Made by a program: the position numbers and the translations under genes
The notes under the pieces: generated by a model
Seen by the model: the letters and a program-made list of their open reading frames with translations, nothing else
Database searches by the model: none
Told to the model about the DNA's origin: nothing
Assembly (NCBI GenBank): GCA_964234715.1
Contig: OZ174276.1
Direction: 5' to 3' (one strand)
From: Podarcis melisellensis
Taxonomy: Eukaryota
Length of the DNA: 64,000 bases
Part shown: positions 60,930 to 64,000 of the stretch, in pieces
How the letters are laid out: each line of letters opens with the position of its first letter
Position numbering within the stretch: position 1 is the first letter of the stretch

Positions 60930-62030
60930 GGGGCTGTACCAATCCTATTTGGCGGGGCATGGGCGGCAGCTGCGCAAGGAGACGCCGCCCTCCTGGGCGC
61001 AACATCCGCGGAGGGCGCGGCGATTTCGGCGCCGCGCTCCGCCCTTTCTCCTCCAGCCAGGGGACGCGGGCGCCGCACACCTCCAATAGGGGGCGCTCTT
61101 ACGCCGAGCAAGCGCCCCCGACGGCGCGCATGCGCTTCTACCTAGCAGGCGGCGCGCTTGTTGAATAGTGAGGCCGGGGGGGGGGCAGCAGGGGGCGGGG
61201 CTTGCGCTTGAACTGCTGAGCAGGCGGAGCCCCGCCGGAGAGAGATATATAAGGGCTCCGTGGGTGCCGGCGGCGCTGCGGCTGAGACGGGGCGGCGGAG
61301 GCTGCTCAGTAGCTCCGCCCTTCTCTGAGGAGGTCGCGCGCGGGGAGCTTGCAGGTATTGCATCCCGTCCCTGGTTGGAGTTGGCGGTGGGTGAGGAAAG
61401 GGAAAGTGATGTGGCTTTTCTGGGGACTCGTGTGGGCAGAGAAGGGCGTCGGGGTGACATGAGTGCCTCTTTCCCCACATACCCCCACCCCTTTCTCCAT
61501 CCCAGTCATGCTTTGGGTCAGATGTGAACGAGAGTTTGTGCCTCTCTTCACTCGCCCCCCCCCCTTCGTACTTTCCCTTTCTGTATTTTCCCACGCGCTT
61601 CTCTCTCTCTCTCTCCCCGGCTCCCCGTGGCGCAGGAGTGTCTACTTTAGGAAGTCTCCTGGGTGCCCCCCCCTGTTCTTTTTTCCATAGGGACGTCCTC
61701 TTGCTGTGGGGCTGGGGCGTGCCCCCTAGCCGTGCGTTAGCGGTGTCTCAGCGAGACTAGCGTGTTGCTCATGGCACCAGGATGTAACCGTCACCCTCGG
61801 TTTCCTGCGGCGACTCGGAGCAGGGACGTCTCGTTTCGTGGGTGTGATGGCTGGTAGGGATCCCCTCTTGAGCCGAGGGAAGGGGCTGGTGCTGGAGGTT
61901 CCCGTCGCAGGAGTGAGTCTCTCCCGGGGCTCCTCGCCGTCAAGGGTCTGAACCTGGGCATGCATGCGCCGGCACACGTCCCTCCTGGCTCCCCGCTCTT
62001 CTTCTGGACGTCTATTCTCGTCGTTCATCT
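60930..62030 (+). promoter_or_regulatory. CpG island promoter of the next gene (PDLIM7 by synteny), with a putative non-coding first exon at about 61275-61354
   Basis: CCAAT at 60939 and 61083, NRF1 palindrome GCGCATGCGC at 61126-61135, GC boxes, TATATAA at 61246-61252, donor CAG|gtattg at 61354. Gene identity is inferred only from the order DDX41-DOK3-PDLIM7. Confidence 0.65.
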
Positions 62031-64000
62031 AAAAGTGTCTCTGAGCTGTAACTTAATATTGCAGCATGTCCAGGAGGTCTGAATTCCAGAAGGGCTGCGA
62101 ACAAGCATTGCGCCTGCGGCGGTCAGTGTCGAGATGGCACAAGTATGGCTGTTTCTTCAGTGACTTTCATAGGCTTTCTTAAAATTATGGGTCGTGTTCC
62201 TGATAAACTTTTTTTCCTGTGTTATCAAGCGCAACTTCAAAAAACCCACATGAGGTGCAGTTGGCCCTTGTGCTTGGTGGCCTTGTTTGTGAAGATTTGT
62301 GGAAAGCATTCCACAATAGAAATGTTCACTGGGAGGGGCAGATTTTTCATGCTTTTTGGGCTTCCAAGTATATTTGGCTGGCTGCTGTTAGAAAGAGGAT
62401 GCTGGCCTTGGTCTGATCCTGCAGGGCTGCTATCAGGACCACCTAGAAATTCTGTGAGAGTTTGCTATTAACCTCCAGACTTCTTCTGTGCATATATATT
62501 GAGCAAATGTGTTTAATAATGAAGGGGGCAGACATAACCTGTCATATTTATCCCAAATCCTTGACTGCTTTGGATCATGGTCCCGTTACTGATGTGAAGG
62601 GATGCTTCACACAAGCAAAGGAGGCAGGCACCTGACTTTATTTCACTCAAGGCTTTTATTTGATGACCCTCTTCATTGTGTGAAAGAAAAAAGTGGTGGC
62701 AGGAGGGATGGGGGGGGGCAGGAGGACTGAGGGAAAAGAACTTTTCCAGGAGTTGGGGAGAGAGTGAGCGCAGCATTTTCCTGCTGGTCTATTTATTGCT
62801 CATCCAGCTCTTTCCTTCCTTGAGGGCTGCCAGCTGAATCCACAAAAACAAAAAATAAACTTGGTCATCATCTGGAGATATGCGCACAAGGGGCAAAAGG
62901 GGAGAAATGGAGCCTGGTGCATCCTCCATTCCCATGTGACGTTATCCAGAGAGGGCGAGGACAAATATCATGAGGTTTGCCAGGTGCTGGAGGTTTTAAT
63001 ATGGCAGCCTCCTAGGGTGGAATTTGCTTTCCCAAAGTCCAGGAAGAGCTGTTGTGCAAAGTGAAAAAAGTTTCCGCTCAGTGTTTCTCAGCAGTGTGAT
63101 GAAGTGTACTTCTGATTCCTTTTGTGCCTGGGACCAGTATTTTTCTTTTAAAACTTGCTTCCTTGTGGATAAGTGTTCTTTTAGTATTTTAATTCTGCAA
63201 GAGAATTGGCAGCTGCTTGTTAAAAATGAGAATTTGGCAAACTTTAATTTAGTGCTGGCAAATGTGTAGAAATGTATCCGGATTTAAAAAGACAACAACC
63301 GCAGCAGATATTCTTGCTGTGCCATTTTATTTTGCAGGGTAGTCTTCGTTTCAAGAATGCATTTATTTATTCTTGCTGCCCTGGCTGTTCAGTTGTCTTG
63401 TAATGGGCTATCTCCTTTTCTTGGCTTTTCAACTTAATGCACCTCAGCCCTGCCCTTCCCCTGTTATTCTTGCCTTCTGTCAGGCACTTCCAGGAAGTGC
63501 TTTATCAGTGCATATAGACTTCTTATCCTGCCAGATGGGCTCCTTGCAGGCTAGTCTGGTCCCTTAGACCCGAGCTGGGTAGGGGGCATTAACTAGGCAG
63601 CAGCGTGGCACACAACCTGATTCTGCTCACTAGTGATCTTCTGAATTCAGCTTGATTTCTGTTTCTTTTTCACCATGCCTTGGCTTTTTCCAAACTTCAT
63701 TTACTTATCCTGAGAGCAGCTAGCTCTTGATGCCCCATTCATTTCACTGTTTTTCAGCCCAACGGGAATCTCTTGTGGGCCACCTTCTGAGGAGGGGGAC
63801 ATGCCAGTGATGGGCAGGGCTGTGGGCAAAAGTGGGCAGAGCCCAATGGATGTCTCTCTACACTGGGCTCTGTTCCAGCCCTGCGAAAGACAGAGCGGTT
63901 TCTGCATTCCCACCCAGACCATCTCCTCGTCCTGCTCCTGGGCAGCCAAGAGGCGTTGCAGCTCAAGGAGAGCGTGGAGCAGGACCAATGGGGTGTGTGG

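Noticed and set aside
60800-64000. PDLIM7 coding sequence
   Set aside because: No PDZ-encoding exon is visible in the window, so no CDS or gene symbol is assigned.

Overview
This is eukaryotic, intron-rich genomic DNA from a squamate, very likely a lacertid lizard judging by its Sauria/Squam SINEs and hAT MITEs. It holds the vertebrate block FAM193B > DDX41 > DOK3 > (probable PDLIM7 5' end), all on the + strand. Nine FAM193B coding exons (first exon not in window), all 17 DDX41 coding exons (622 aa) and five DOK3 coding exons (478 aa) join with GT-AG boundaries and consistent phases. Most ORFs in the supplied track are noise. The main observations are: (1) the DOK3 promoter and first coding exon appear to lie inside the DDX41 3'UTR, which puts the DDX41 poly(A) signal in DOK3 intron 1; (2) a minimal type-I hammerhead ribozyme motif sits in a Penelope-like fragment nested in a MITE; (3) GAS and ISRE-like motifs lie next to each other upstream of DDX41; (4) FAM193B has an extra symmetric 201-nt exon; (5) two SINEs with tRNA-Lys and tRNA-Ile heads share a CR1 tail. 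There is one 160-N assembly gap. Gene and repeat identities come from recalled family sequences, not from database searches.
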